Assembly (NCBI RefSeq): GCF_910589165.1
Contig: NZ_CAJUSP010000007.1
Reading direction: 5' to 3' (one strand)
Origin: an uncultured Adlercreutzia sp.
GTDB taxonomy: Bacteria; Actinomycetota; Coriobacteriia; Coriobacteriales; Eggerthellaceae
DNA length: 64,000 nt
The translations under genes were made by a program, and so were the position numbers. This document shows, one piece after another, positions 1-8,546 of the stretch; positions within the stretch are counted from its first letter, which is position 1; every line of letters starts with the position of its first letter. Under the pieces are notes generated by a model that made no database searches, was not told the origin of the DNA, and worked only from the letters and a program-made list of their open reading frames with translations.

Positions 1-1344
1 GTCAGCCTTGCGATAGATGTTTGCAATATGCGTGCCGGCAGTGCCTTTCGAAATGGTCAGGCGCTCGGCCACCACCTTCAGGGTACGACCGCGGACGAGC
101 AGCTCCAGCACCTCGGTTTCCCGTTCCGTCAGGCCAAAGGCCGCCGCGAAAGCCACACAGCGCTCACGCCGGACATCGCCTTCGGCTTTTTCCTCCGCTG
201 ACAGGCGCAGTGACTCCTCAAAAAGACACACCTGGTCTTCCGGAAGCACCACCATCACAACCACTACGAGCACTACCACGCAAATCAAACCAAGAAATGC
301 CGCATGGCCAGCCGCATAGGGCAGCACGACCACGTTAACCAAACGTCCGACGAGCATAGCCGCATAGGTTGCGATCACATACAACCCGAAATAGCGCAGA
401 GGGCGCGCCGCCACAAGAGCCGCATAGGAAGTAAGAACCCAAGCGATGAGGTTGATGACCTCGAACCCAACGCCGATCAGGAGCACCGCGCCCGCCGAGG
501 TGGCGGCCAGGGCGTGGCCCGGGAGAGCCAGCAGCACGAAGCCAGCCCCCGAGCACGGCAGCGCCAGCCGGTAGAAAAACGCCAAGCTCCCCGGACGACG
601 CCCCTTTCGAAGGAGCGCCACCAGCACAATGGCGGCAACGATGTGACTGGCAAACAGAGAGACGCTGGAAACCGCCTGCCCGGTAAGACGCGCGCTCGAG
701 AACACGTCGCAGGTGCGGCACACCACGCCAAACAGGAAAACAGCTGCGAGAAGCCGCACGAACCGAGAGGATATCTTCTCGGAAGACGTGTCGGCTCCCT
801 TGATCGCGGGTCCAGTCACCTTCGACCCCTCTTGCATACGACGCAGAAAGACCGCCGACGCTAGGGGAAGGGCCACAAGGACGAGAGTCTGCACATAATC
901 TGGAAGAAGATCGCCCGCGAAGAAGGCACCGACAGCAACAAGGGACGCGACAACCGTAGTCCACGCGATAATAGGCGCGAACTCATCCTTGGAAAATGCG
1001 AGGGACGCCAGGCCGAACAGGCAGTGCAACGATCCGCAGAGAAAGCCGCATGCCAGGCAGGAAAGAAGGGCTAGAAGGGTGCTCGGGACGAAGTAGACCA
1101 CAAGCACCAGGCACACGGCCAGCACTAGCAGCCCGTCGGCCAGAGAGGCGAAGCGCTTTTCCTTTCCCTGGCCAATTGCGAAGAACACGGCGGCAGCTGC
1201 CATGCCGCCAACGAGCATAACCGCCGCCGATGCAAAAGATCCGGCAATGCCCAACGGAGCCGCACCGGTATAGGTGAGCAGGGCAATGAGCCAACCGTGA
1301 AACAGGCCGAAGCCCGCAATAAAGTGAATTTCCCGTGCTGTCAT
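1..1344 (-). CDS. LuxR-family transcriptional regulator with N-terminal multi-pass membrane domain (C-terminus cut by window edge)
   Basis: Absent from the ORF track because it runs off the window. My minus-strand translation from ATG at 1344 gives MTAREIHFIAGFGLFHGWL..., then many hydrophobic segments, ending ...LTERETEVLELLVRGRTLKVVAERLTISKGTAGTHIANIYRKAD, a LuxR/GerE-type HTH. Confidence 0.8.
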   Translation of the reverse strand, partial: MTAREIHFIAGFGLFHGWLIALLTYTGAAPLGIAGSFASAAVMLVGGMAAAAVFFAIGQGKEKRFASLADGLLVLAVCLVLVVYFVPSTLLALLSCLACGFLCGSLHCLFGLASLAFSKDEFAPIIAWTTVVASLVAVGAFFAGDLLPDYVQTLVLVALPLASAVFLRRMQEGSKVTGPAIKGADTSSEKISSRFVRLLAAVFLFGVVCRTCDVFSSARLTGQAVSSVSLFASHIVAAIVLVALLRKGRRPGSLAFFYRLALPCSGAGFVLLALPGHALAATSAGAVLLIGVGFEVINLIAWVLTSYAALVAARPLRYFGLYVIATYAAMLVGRLVNVVVLPYAAGHAAFLGLICVVVLVVVVMVVLPEDQVCLFEESLRLSAEEKAEGDVRRERCVAFAAAFGLTERETEVLELLVRGRTLKVVAERLTISKGTAGTHIANIYRKAD

Positions 1345-1488
1345 GGGCTTTGTTCCTCCCCCGAACGTGTCCGTCACGCCCCCTCGAGCGTCGCCAGCTC
1401 GTCCAGCGAGCGCAGTGAGGCGAACCTGCGGAAACGGACTCCCCAGCGCATTCCAGCAGAGGAGCCATTATAGCGCTTCCCCTTCGCT

Positions 1489-1941
1489 CTAGCTGCGGCT
1501 GCCTCGCATTGCGCCGAAGGCCGCTCCGATGCAGGCGCCCAGGGTGGCGCCGAGGGTGTCGGTGAGCCAGTCGAAGGGGTCGCAGAGGCGGCCGGGGACG
1601 AAGGACTGGTGGAACTCGTCGGTCACGCCGTAGAGGCTGGCGAGGGCGACGGCGGCCAGAACCAGCAGGACGCGGCGCTGGCCGGGCGCGGTGCGAAACA
1701 GGGCATGGAAGATCAGCGCGCCGAAGACGGTATATTCCAGGAAGTGGGCCGCCACGGAGACGATGTCGGTATCGGGGCCGAAAACAGGAGCAGCCGCGGC
1801 CACGAGCCAGCGCTTGATGCGCGCCACCAAGTCGGTGCCGTCATCCAAGTCGGCTCCCGTATGCGCTGACATAAAGAAGATGAAGGCCGCCCACAGGACG
1901 ACCAACACCCAAGATACTATGAGCTTCGTGCGTTGCGACAC
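1489..1941 (-). CDS. VanZ family membrane protein
   Basis: 150 aa, about 4 TM. AAHFLEYTVFGALIF and TDEFHQSFVPGR motifs are typical of the VanZ-like family. Confidence 0.8.
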   Translation of the reverse strand: MSQRTKLIVSWVLVVLWAAFIFFMSAHTGADLDDGTDLVARIKRWLVAAAAPVFGPDTDIVSVAAHFLEYTVFGALIFHALFRTAPGQRRVLLVLAAVALASLYGVTDEFHQSFVPGRLCDPFDWLTDTLGATLGACIGAAFGAMRGSRS

Positions 1942-2036
1942 CGATTCCCCGTCTCGCTTCGTTGCTTGCCAGCGACATTATGGCACGGTCTGCACTGCCC
2001 TGTCGGTAGAAACCCCAGACGCGCCGACGGGGCGGC

Positions 2037-2744
2037 CTAGGCCTCCGGTGCCAGGGCGAGGATTTGCTCAGTGGAGGTGGCTAGCACGTCGGGGTTCCAG
2101 CCGGATGTGGCGAAATCGGCCGGGTCGTGGTAGCCCCAACTTACGCCCACGGCGTAGGTGCCGGCGTTGCGGGCGGCGTGGATGTCTCCCGGCGAGTCGC
2201 CGATATAGACGGTGCGCGCCGGCGTGCTGCCGAGTTCTTCAATGGTAGCTAGCAGCCCCTCAGGCGCAGGCTTGCGGGGGAAGCGCTCGGGGCCGCCCTC
2301 GCCGTGGGCCACGTCCACCTGACCGTCGAGGCACTTCTTCACGATGAACTGCACACCGCCGTCGAACTTGTTCGAGAGAATGCCCAGCTTGCATCCTCGG
2401 CGGCGCAACTCGGCCAGCATCGTCTCGATACCCGGGTAAGGCTTGGTCAGGTCGTTCGGGAAGGTATCGTAGGCTTCCTTCCAGCGCGCGAGGCACGCGT
2501 CGGCCACCTCCTGCGGCGTGCCCTCAGGCACCGCCTGGTAGATGAGCGCCTGGGCGCCGTTGCCCACGTAGGAGTTGATTTCCTCACGGGTGTGCGGCGG
2601 CATATCGAACTCGGCCAGCACCTCGTTGGTGAGCACCATCAGGTCGTCGAGGGTATCGAGCAGGGTTCCATCCAAATCGAAGATAAACGTATCGAAAGGC
2701 GGCTCGGGCGTGGCGGCCGCCGTCAGCTCGCTTGCTTTGTCCAT
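2037..2744 (-). CDS. HAD-superfamily hydrolase (phosphoglycolate phosphatase-like)
   Basis: FIFDLDGTLLDT (HAD motif I), SNK (motif II/III region), YIGDSPGDIHAARNAG (motif IV). Confidence 0.85.
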   Translation of the reverse strand: MDKASELTAAATPEPPFDTFIFDLDGTLLDTLDDLMVLTNEVLAEFDMPPHTREEINSYVGNGAQALIYQAVPEGTPQEVADACLARWKEAYDTFPNDLTKPYPGIETMLAELRRRGCKLGILSNKFDGGVQFIVKKCLDGQVDVAHGEGGPERFPRKPAPEGLLATIEELGSTPARTVYIGDSPGDIHAARNAGTYAVGVSWGYHDPADFATSGWNPDVLATSTEQILALAPEA

Positions 2745-2986
2745 GGCATCAGACTCCTTAGGTTTGCGCTTTCGCGACCTTTCTAGGAAACCACGAAACG
2801 GGTCGCCTTTCCACCCGACGCGCCGAACTGTTAGCGGGCTTTCACATTTGCCGCGCGCTCGATGCCTTTGCGCCGCGCCTATCCGCGGCCCTCACGGGCT
2901 TGTAACGATTGGCAGGTGAACCGCGCGCGACAGCAAAGAAATTGCTATGGTTGAGCCGACACATTCTCTCGAGGAAGCAGGTTCCC

Positions 2987-3772
2987 ATGAGCACTTCTGC
3001 CGCCAAGCGCGTAGCCCTTATCACCGGCGCCTCTTCGGGCCTCGGGCGCGAATTCGCCCGCCAGCTCGACCAACGCCAAGTTGCCGACGAGCTGTGGCTT
3101 GTGGCGCGGCGTCGCGAGACCCTGGCCGAGCTGGCCGAAGAGCTGGACACCCCGGCGCGGGCCATTCCGGCCGACCTCACGCGGCCCGAGGACATTGACG
3201 CCCTGCGCGTGCTGCTGGAAGCGGAAGCGCCGCAGGTCACCTTCCTGGTGAACGCCGCCGGTTTCGGCAAGTTCGGCGACTGGCGCACTATCAGCGACGC
3301 CGATGCCGACGCGATGATCGACCTGAACTGTCGCGCCCTTGTGGATATCACGCGGGCGGCGCTGCCCCATATGGGCCGGGGCGGCCGCATCATCCAGGTG
3401 GCCTCGGCCGCCGGCTTCGCACCGCTGCCGCACTTGAATGTGTATGCGGCCTCCAAGGCTTTCGTGCTGCGCTACACCCGCGCGTTGCGCTGGGAACTCC
3501 ACGGGACGGGCATTACCGCCACGGCCCTGTGCCCCACCTGGGTAAAGACCGGCTTCGAAGCGGTGGCCCGCGAAAGCGCCGGCGGCAGCGACGTGGGGCA
3601 CCTGATGGGCGAGCAGACGCCCGAAGTAGTGGTGCGGCGCGCGCTTAACGCCAACAAGGCCCATTTCGCCGTGGCCTGCGCCAGCCCCCAGGCAGCAGCT
3701 TTGCGCGTCGTGGGCAAGGTCCTGCCCTCCTGCGTGACCATGGCCGGCTGGAATATTCTCAGGAAACTGTAG
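2987..3772 (+). CDS. SDR family oxidoreductase
   Basis: ALITGASSGLGREFA Rossmann motif and YAASKAF catalytic YxxxK. Start moved to ATG 2987, which follows GAGGAAG. The ORF-track start 2909 is an upstream extension. Confidence 0.9.
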   Translation: MSTSAAKRVALITGASSGLGREFARQLDQRQVADELWLVARRRETLAELAEELDTPARAIPADLTRPEDIDALRVLLEAEAPQVTFLVNAAGFGKFGDWRTISDADADAMIDLNCRALVDITRAALPHMGRGGRIIQVASAAGFAPLPHLNVYAASKAFVLRYTRALRWELHGTGITATALCPTWVKTGFEAVARESAGGSDVGHLMGEQTPEVVVRRALNANKAHFAVACASPQAAALRVVGKVLPSCVTMAGWNILRKL

Positions 3773-3875
3773 GGGATAATTGGCTGCACGCCAGCTCGAC
3801 GCTTCCTCTCGCGAGGACATCTTGCACCTGGCACGTGCGACTCGACCGAGCGCCTAGGGCTATGCCCGTGGCATC

Positions 3876-5219
3876 CTAGCTGGCAAGCCAGAGAATCACA
3901 TTGATGACCTGGGGGAACAGGGCCAGTACGGCGATAAGGCGGACGATTTGCAAAAGGACGACGTTCGTGTTGCGTATGCCCAAGTCCTCCAGCACGAGCG
4001 CAATGTCGGCGGCGCCGGCAGGCACCGCGATGAGGCGGCCCTCGGTTTTCGTGAAGCCGAAGAGGCGCTGCATGAGGGCGCCCAAGGCGAAGAAGCTCGC
4101 CGTGTAGGCCAAAAGCACGATGGCCGCGGGCCCCACCAGCCCGGCGATGCCCGCCAAGTCGCTTGCCACCACCTGGGTACCCAGGTAGGTGCCGGCCGTG
4201 TACTGCACGAGGCGCTTCAGCCACTTCGGCATGAACGTGAACCCCGTGGCCAGGTTGAATGCCAGGGTAACGGCAATGGCGGCGGTGAACGTCATGCCGG
4301 GAATGCCCGTGGCGTAACCGGCCAGGCCGCCAACCGTGGCCACGGCAAGCGTTGCGAGCAGCTGCAGGGTAAGGCGCAGGCGCGTTGGCTTGGGCATCGT
4401 TGGGTCGGGGCGGTCGATATCCGAGGCCTCGGGACCCATCTCGGGAATAAGGCCGCTACGGGGGCGCGAGGGCTCTTCCGCAGCGACCGCTGCGTCGGCT
4501 CCGCGGGCGGCAACGCCTTCCCCGGCGGGGCGCACGGGGGCGGCCTCCGTTACGATCGCCGCGTTATCAGCCAGCACGGCTGTCTCGTCAATCTTGCGCC
4601 GCAGCCTCTTCCCGCGCTGTTTGTCCGGCTTGCGCCCTTCCGCCCGGTTCCCCGCTTTCGCTGCCACATACAGAAGCGTCATGCCCAGAACAAGGCGCGC
4701 CAACTGCAGCAGCGTCACATCGGGAGTGCTCGCGCCCATGCCGGCCGCCACAATGGGAACATCGGAAATGCCGCCCGGCACGCAGCTCATAAGTGCCGTC
4801 GGCAGCGAGAGCGGCGTGACCGCATACAGCAAAAACCCCAGGCCGAGCACGAACAGCAGGTACCACCCCAGCATGAGCAGCGCCGGCTTCGCCACGTGCT
4901 TCAGCGCACCCAGCTCGTCGCGCTGGATGGAGCAGCCGACGAAGGCACCGGCCACAATCTGCACGACGATGCGCGTCTCGGAGGGCAGCCACGCAAGCCC
5001 GGTGAGCACCGAGAAGGCCGCCACGGCGAAGAACGGCCCAATGAGACCGCCGGCCGGCACGCCAAGGCGCCGCACCACGAACCCGGCCACAAAGCCGAGC
5101 ACCACCGTTGCCGCTATGCCCAAAACCGCTGCGTCCACCACTGTCCTTCGTTTGCCGTCGTGTCTCGGCCAGTTTAGCCCAGCGAGCCCGCAGCCAACGT
5201 CGCGCGGCCCAGTTGTCAT
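3876..5219 (-). CDS. AbrB-family membrane protein (duplicated PF05145-type transporter-like protein, not the DNA-binding AbrB)
   Basis: Two homologous multi-TM halves (GVPAGGLIGPFF... and GIPGMTFTAAIAV...) joined by a charged low-complexity linker. Start uncertain: ATG 5219, or GTG around 5138-5141. Confidence 0.7.
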   Translation of the reverse strand: MTTGPRDVGCGLAGLNWPRHDGKRRTVVDAAVLGIAATVVLGFVAGFVVRRLGVPAGGLIGPFFAVAAFSVLTGLAWLPSETRIVVQIVAGAFVGCSIQRDELGALKHVAKPALLMLGWYLLFVLGLGFLLYAVTPLSLPTALMSCVPGGISDVPIVAAGMGASTPDVTLLQLARLVLGMTLLYVAAKAGNRAEGRKPDKQRGKRLRRKIDETAVLADNAAIVTEAAPVRPAGEGVAARGADAAVAAEEPSRPRSGLIPEMGPEASDIDRPDPTMPKPTRLRLTLQLLATLAVATVGGLAGYATGIPGMTFTAAIAVTLAFNLATGFTFMPKWLKRLVQYTAGTYLGTQVVASDLAGIAGLVGPAAIVLLAYTASFFALGALMQRLFGFTKTEGRLIAVPAGAADIALVLEDLGIRNTNVVLLQIVRLIAVLALFPQVINVILWLAS

Positions 5220-5286
5220 CAGCCTGGGAAGCAGGCGCAGCGATTTCCGCATCGGGACGGACGCGCGCTGTGCTACTATCGCGAGC

Positions 5287-5961
5287 ATGTGTGGACGCTG
5301 CGTCATACTTACTTTCGACGAGGTGCTGGGGGTTATCCGGCAGATCGTCAGCCATGCCCCGGTGGGCACCGAGCCCGATTGGCCGGCGCGCTACCCCATC
5401 GCCTACCCGAAGGCGATGGCGCCGCTTATCGTGCCGACGTTCGACACGGCTCTCGGCGCACCTGAAGGCATCCCCTTCACGCCCGAAAGCCTTGAGGCTC
5501 GCGAGCTTGCCTGGGGCTTCGAAGAGCCGTGGAAGCCGGGGCAGGTGGTGTTCAACACGCGCATCGAAAGCGCCGACAAGCCGCTGTGGCGCGAGGCCAT
5601 GGCCCACCGGCGCTGCATCATTCCCGTCACGCGCTTCTTCGAGACCCACGCCACCGAAACCCGCCCCTCTGCGAAAACCGGGCGCCCCGTGAAGCGCGCC
5701 TACGAGTTCTCGGTGCCAGGGCAGAGCATCATGCTCATCGGCGGAGTATGGAGCGAGGGGCGCTTCTCGATGGTCACCACCGAGGCCAACGCCGCCATGG
5801 CCCCCATCCACCCGCGCATGCCGCTTGTGCTGCGCCAAAACGAGCTGGCCTGCTGGCTAGGGCCGCACTACCGCCAACTAGCCGATCGCTCGAGCATCCC
5901 CCTTATCGCCGAGCCGACCAATAAGGGCGCCGACGCCGCCGGCACCCTGCCGCTGTTTTAA
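5287..5961 (+). CDS. SOS response-associated peptidase (SRAP / YedK-like, abasic-site processing)
   Basis: Begins MCGRC (catalytic Cys2 right after Met), ...FNTRIES..., ...RRCIIPVTRFFE. Only the last 224 codons of track ORF 4336..5961 are real. Confidence 0.85.
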   Translation: MCGRCVILTFDEVLGVIRQIVSHAPVGTEPDWPARYPIAYPKAMAPLIVPTFDTALGAPEGIPFTPESLEARELAWGFEEPWKPGQVVFNTRIESADKPLWREAMAHRRCIIPVTRFFETHATETRPSAKTGRPVKRAYEFSVPGQSIMLIGGVWSEGRFSMVTTEANAAMAPIHPRMPLVLRQNELACWLGPHYRQLADRSSIPLIAEPTNKGADAAGTLPLF

Positions 5962-6069
5962 GGACACCCCGGTAACAGCCGCGCCTAATACGGCGCAGGC
6001 AAGCGCCCGATGCCAGCATACCTTACGGCTTCTCGCTGAGCCGAGCCGCCAAGTGAAGATATGTGTTTC

Positions 6070-6098
6070 TTCTCGGGGTGGGGAAGTTGGGGTATAAT
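6070..6098 (+). promoter_or_regulatory. Putative promoter of tRNA-Gly
   Basis: Perfect TATAAT at 6093-6098, 14 nt before the tRNA 5' end. Weak -35 (TTCTCG) at 17-nt spacing. Confidence 0.4.
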
Positions 6099-6111
6099 TC
6101 CCCGTGCACTT

Positions 6112-6186
6112 GCGGGCGTCGCCAAGTGGTAAGGCCCAAGCTTCCCAAGCTTGTATTCGCGGGTTCGAGTCCCGTCGCCCGCTCCA
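6112..6186 (+). tRNA. tRNA-Gly (anticodon CCC)
   Basis: GCGGGCG...CGCCCGC acceptor stem, anticodon arm CAAGC-TTCCCAA-GCTTG, GGTTCGAGTCC T-arm, encoded CCA. Confidence 0.9.
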
Positions 6187-6264
6187 TGAACTGCCGCGGC
6201 CCCTTCTCGGGGCCGCTTTTTGTTGGAGGCTCTTTAGCGGAACATACGGAAGGAGGTGCTGACG

Positions 6265-7347
6265 GTGTACCAGTTGATGAACAAAGATGTGGTGGTGGCC
6301 ACTTATGAGGAAGAGAAGCGTCTCGATGACTTCAAGTATTGCCTCGTTCGGCAAGAGGACGCATACCTTCCCTACGGCTTCACCGACATCAACGACTGGA
6401 TCGATGGGCGGCAGATCGCTAAGCACCGCCTTGCCATCGAGAAGCTCATGCGCGAGCTGGGGCTCACCACGCGCCACGACTTCATCGCCATGGCCCGCTG
6501 CCTTTCCCTTACCGACACCTTCTGGATGAAACGGGCCGACGAGGACATCTCGTGGGACGACGTCTCGCTGTACCGCAACCCCTTCGACGACGTTATCGCC
6601 CGTATTGCCTTCGACGGCACTGGCATGTACGGGCGCCGGAACTCCCCCACTTCGCCGGAGTTCGCCACCTCGGGTTCGTTCGCCAAATGCTGGATACGCG
6701 AGGGCGACGAGATTTCCCTGCTGAAGCGCGGGTCCACCGGCTACGCCAATGCCGGGTTCGAGCCATATTCCGAGGTGCTGGCGGCCCAGCTGCTCGATGC
6801 CGCTGGCATTGCCCACGTGCCCTACTCGCTTGTGAACTACCATGGGCAGCTTGCCAGCAAGTGCCCCTTGTTCACCTCGGAGAAGGTGGGCTTCGTTTCG
6901 GCGCACCGCTTCTTCGAGGGGCCTTTTGATGTTGAAGATGTGCTCGGGTTCTGCGAGCGCCACGGAGGTCAAGAGCCGTTTCGCGAGATGGTGGTCATGG
7001 ATGCGGTTATGGCCAACATCGACCGCCACGCCGGCAACTACGGGTTCCTCGTGAGCAACGACACGGGCGAGATCCTCGGCATGGCCCCGCTGTTCGATCA
7101 GAACATGGCCGTGCTGCCCATGATGATGGAATCCGACGACTTCAACACGTATCTAGGCATGATCGGGCCGAAGATCGGCACCGACTTCGTGGCCATCGCC
7201 CGCGCGCTTATCACCTCGGATATCCGCGCGAAGCTCGTGGGGCTCAAGGACTTCCGCTACAACGACCCGGGCATGGGATATCCCGCCTGGAAGCTGGAAG
7301 CGGCCAACCGCCTAACCGTCACCATGATCGACCGCATTCTGGCCTAG
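6265..7347 (+). CDS. HipA-like serine/threonine kinase domain protein (orphan, no adjacent HipB-type HTH)
   Basis: C-terminal MDAVMANIDRHAGNYGFL...APLFDQN matches the HipA_C catalytic loop and Mg-binding region. AGGAGG at 6251-6256 favours GTG 6265 as the start. Confidence 0.75.
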   Translation: MYQLMNKDVVVATYEEEKRLDDFKYCLVRQEDAYLPYGFTDINDWIDGRQIAKHRLAIEKLMRELGLTTRHDFIAMARCLSLTDTFWMKRADEDISWDDVSLYRNPFDDVIARIAFDGTGMYGRRNSPTSPEFATSGSFAKCWIREGDEISLLKRGSTGYANAGFEPYSEVLAAQLLDAAGIAHVPYSLVNYHGQLASKCPLFTSEKVGFVSAHRFFEGPFDVEDVLGFCERHGGQEPFREMVVMDAVMANIDRHAGNYGFLVSNDTGEILGMAPLFDQNMAVLPMMMESDDFNTYLGMIGPKIGTDFVAIARALITSDIRAKLVGLKDFRYNDPGMGYPAWKLEAANRLTVTMIDRILA

Positions 7348-7419
7348 GCCGCGGAAATGCGAAGAAGCCACCGCCGCCGTGGCCGACCGCACCATCACCG
7401 TCGAACATTACCGCGTAAG

Positions 7420-7562
7420 CTAAGCCAACGCGAACCATCCCGCCACGGCCTCGGGTCGCTCGCGCGCGCCGTCGGCGAGCTACAGGCGGTAGACGCGGCT
7501 CGGGCCGCCCTCTATGATGCGCGCGAGTTCTCGTTTGTCCATACCGCCTTCTCGATTACCGT
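7420..7562 (-). pseudogene. Internal-deletion remnant of an AlbA_2-type gene (first 11 codons fused to last 9 codons, plus flanks)
   Basis: Minus strand 7542->7480 reads MDKRELARIIE|GGPSRVYRL*. Its RBS/start region and 3' flank align by eye with 8525-8580 and 9895-9990 of the intact gene at 8547..9926. Confidence 0.6.
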
Positions 7563-7624
7563 CGGAACGATTTGACAAGAAGGGGATCGAAAAAATGGTG
7601 GATCTTGACGTAAGACTTTCTGAG

Positions 7625-7640
7625 TGTTATACGTATAACA
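7625..7640. promoter_or_regulatory. Perfect 16-bp palindrome TGTTATACGTATAACA, candidate operator of the RelB/PIN operon
   Basis: Read directly from the sequence. Lies 17 nt upstream of ATG 7657, just before GGAGGAAAC. Confidence 0.4.
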
Positions 7641-7656
7641 GCAGATTGGAGGAAAC

Positions 7657-7956
7657 ATGGCTACCGATGTTTTAGTGAGCGCCCGCATTGCCCAAGGGAA
7701 GAAAGACGCCACGAAAAGCGTGCTGGCCGCCTTGGGGGCGACGACGAGCGACCTCATCAACAGCGCCTTCGACTACGTCCTCGAGAAAAGGGCGCTTCCC
7801 GGAGCCACCGCCCAAGGACGGCCGACCATGGACGAGTTCGTCACGTTTGTAGCCGGCTCGTCGCTGGCAGTCGATTGGGGCGGCAACGCTCCCGACGGCG
7901 ACTATCGCACGTTGTTGCGCGAGGGAAAACGTGAGGCCTATGAATCTCTTGCTTGA
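7657..7956 (+). CDS. RelB/DinJ-family type II antitoxin
   Basis: N-terminus VSARIAQGKKDATKSVLAALGATTSDLINSAFDYV resembles the DinJ/RelB ribbon-helix-helix. Overlaps the downstream PIN gene. Confidence 0.7.
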   Translation: MATDVLVSARIAQGKKDATKSVLAALGATTSDLINSAFDYVLEKRALPGATAQGRPTMDEFVTFVAGSSLAVDWGGNAPDGDYRTLLREGKREAYESLA

Positions 7957-8386
7957 TACCAACGTCTTCATAGACTATCTGGGACGCAAGGAGCCGTTTT
8001 TCCCGCCGGCCCAGAAAATCGTCATGGCGGCCTTTTTCGGCGACGTGAAGCTGTGGGTTCCAGCTCAGTCAGCCGTGGATGCCTTCTACGTTCTGAGCCG
8101 CTACGTCGATACGGAACCGCTGCAGAAGGCCATCCTCAAAGCGCTCGAGCTCATCACCCCGGTGGACCTCACGGCGGCTGACCTTGAACGGGCAGCCCGC
8201 CTGTCGTGGCCCGATCTGGAGGACTGCCTCATCGCCCTGGCGGCTGACAAGGCCCAGGCCGACTACCTTGTTACGCGCGACGCGAAGGGGTTCGCCCGCT
8301 CCCTCGTTCCTCCCGTGTCCCCTGCCGAATGGCTCGAAATCATGCGTAGGGAAAGGGGCCTCGTGTACGAGGAAGCGAAATTCTAG
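7940..8386 (+). CDS. vapC: PIN-domain ribonuclease toxin (VapC-like)
   Basis: MNLLLDTNVFIDYL... with later acidic residues (PDLEDCLIALAA, LVTRDAKGF). Start ATG 7940 overlaps the antitoxin stop by 17 nt. Confidence 0.85.
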   Translation: MNLLLDTNVFIDYLGRKEPFFPPAQKIVMAAFFGDVKLWVPAQSAVDAFYVLSRYVDTEPLQKAILKALELITPVDLTAADLERAARLSWPDLEDCLIALAADKAQADYLVTRDAKGFARSLVPPVSPAEWLEIMRRERGLVYEEAKF

Positions 8387-8407
8387 CCAGCACGACCGCG
8401 TGAGCCT

Positions 8408-8535
8408 GCGCCATAATCGCGCCAATCGCGCCATAATCGCGCCAATCGCGCCATAATCGCGCCAATCGCGGCATAATCGCGCCAATCGCGGCATAATCGC
8501 GCCATAATCGCGCCATAATCGCGCCAGCGGCAATC
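8408..8535. repeat. Tandem array of alternating 11-mer GCGCCATAATC and 9-mer GCGCCAATC units (about 20-bp period, then 11-bp period)
   Basis: Read directly: A B A B A B A' B A' A A, with A' = GCGGCATAATC. Fills the whole space between the vapC stop and the RBS of the AlbA_2 gene. Confidence 0.9.
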
Positions 8536-8546
8536 GAGGAGGCGGC

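Noticed and set aside
335-1468. Track ORFs 335..964 and 983..1468 on the minus strand
   Set aside because: They are out of frame relative to the continuous LuxR-family membrane regulator that I translated from 1344 to the window edge, and they are Cys/Arg/Gly-rich.
4336-5961. 541-aa ORF
   Set aside because: Only the last 224 codons (from MCGRC at 5287) form the SRAP protein. The upstream part is antisense to the AbrB-family gene.
8408-8535. Possible CRISPR array
   Set aside because: The units are 9-11 nt and contiguous with no unique spacers, and there are no cas genes in the window. It is a simple tandem repeat.
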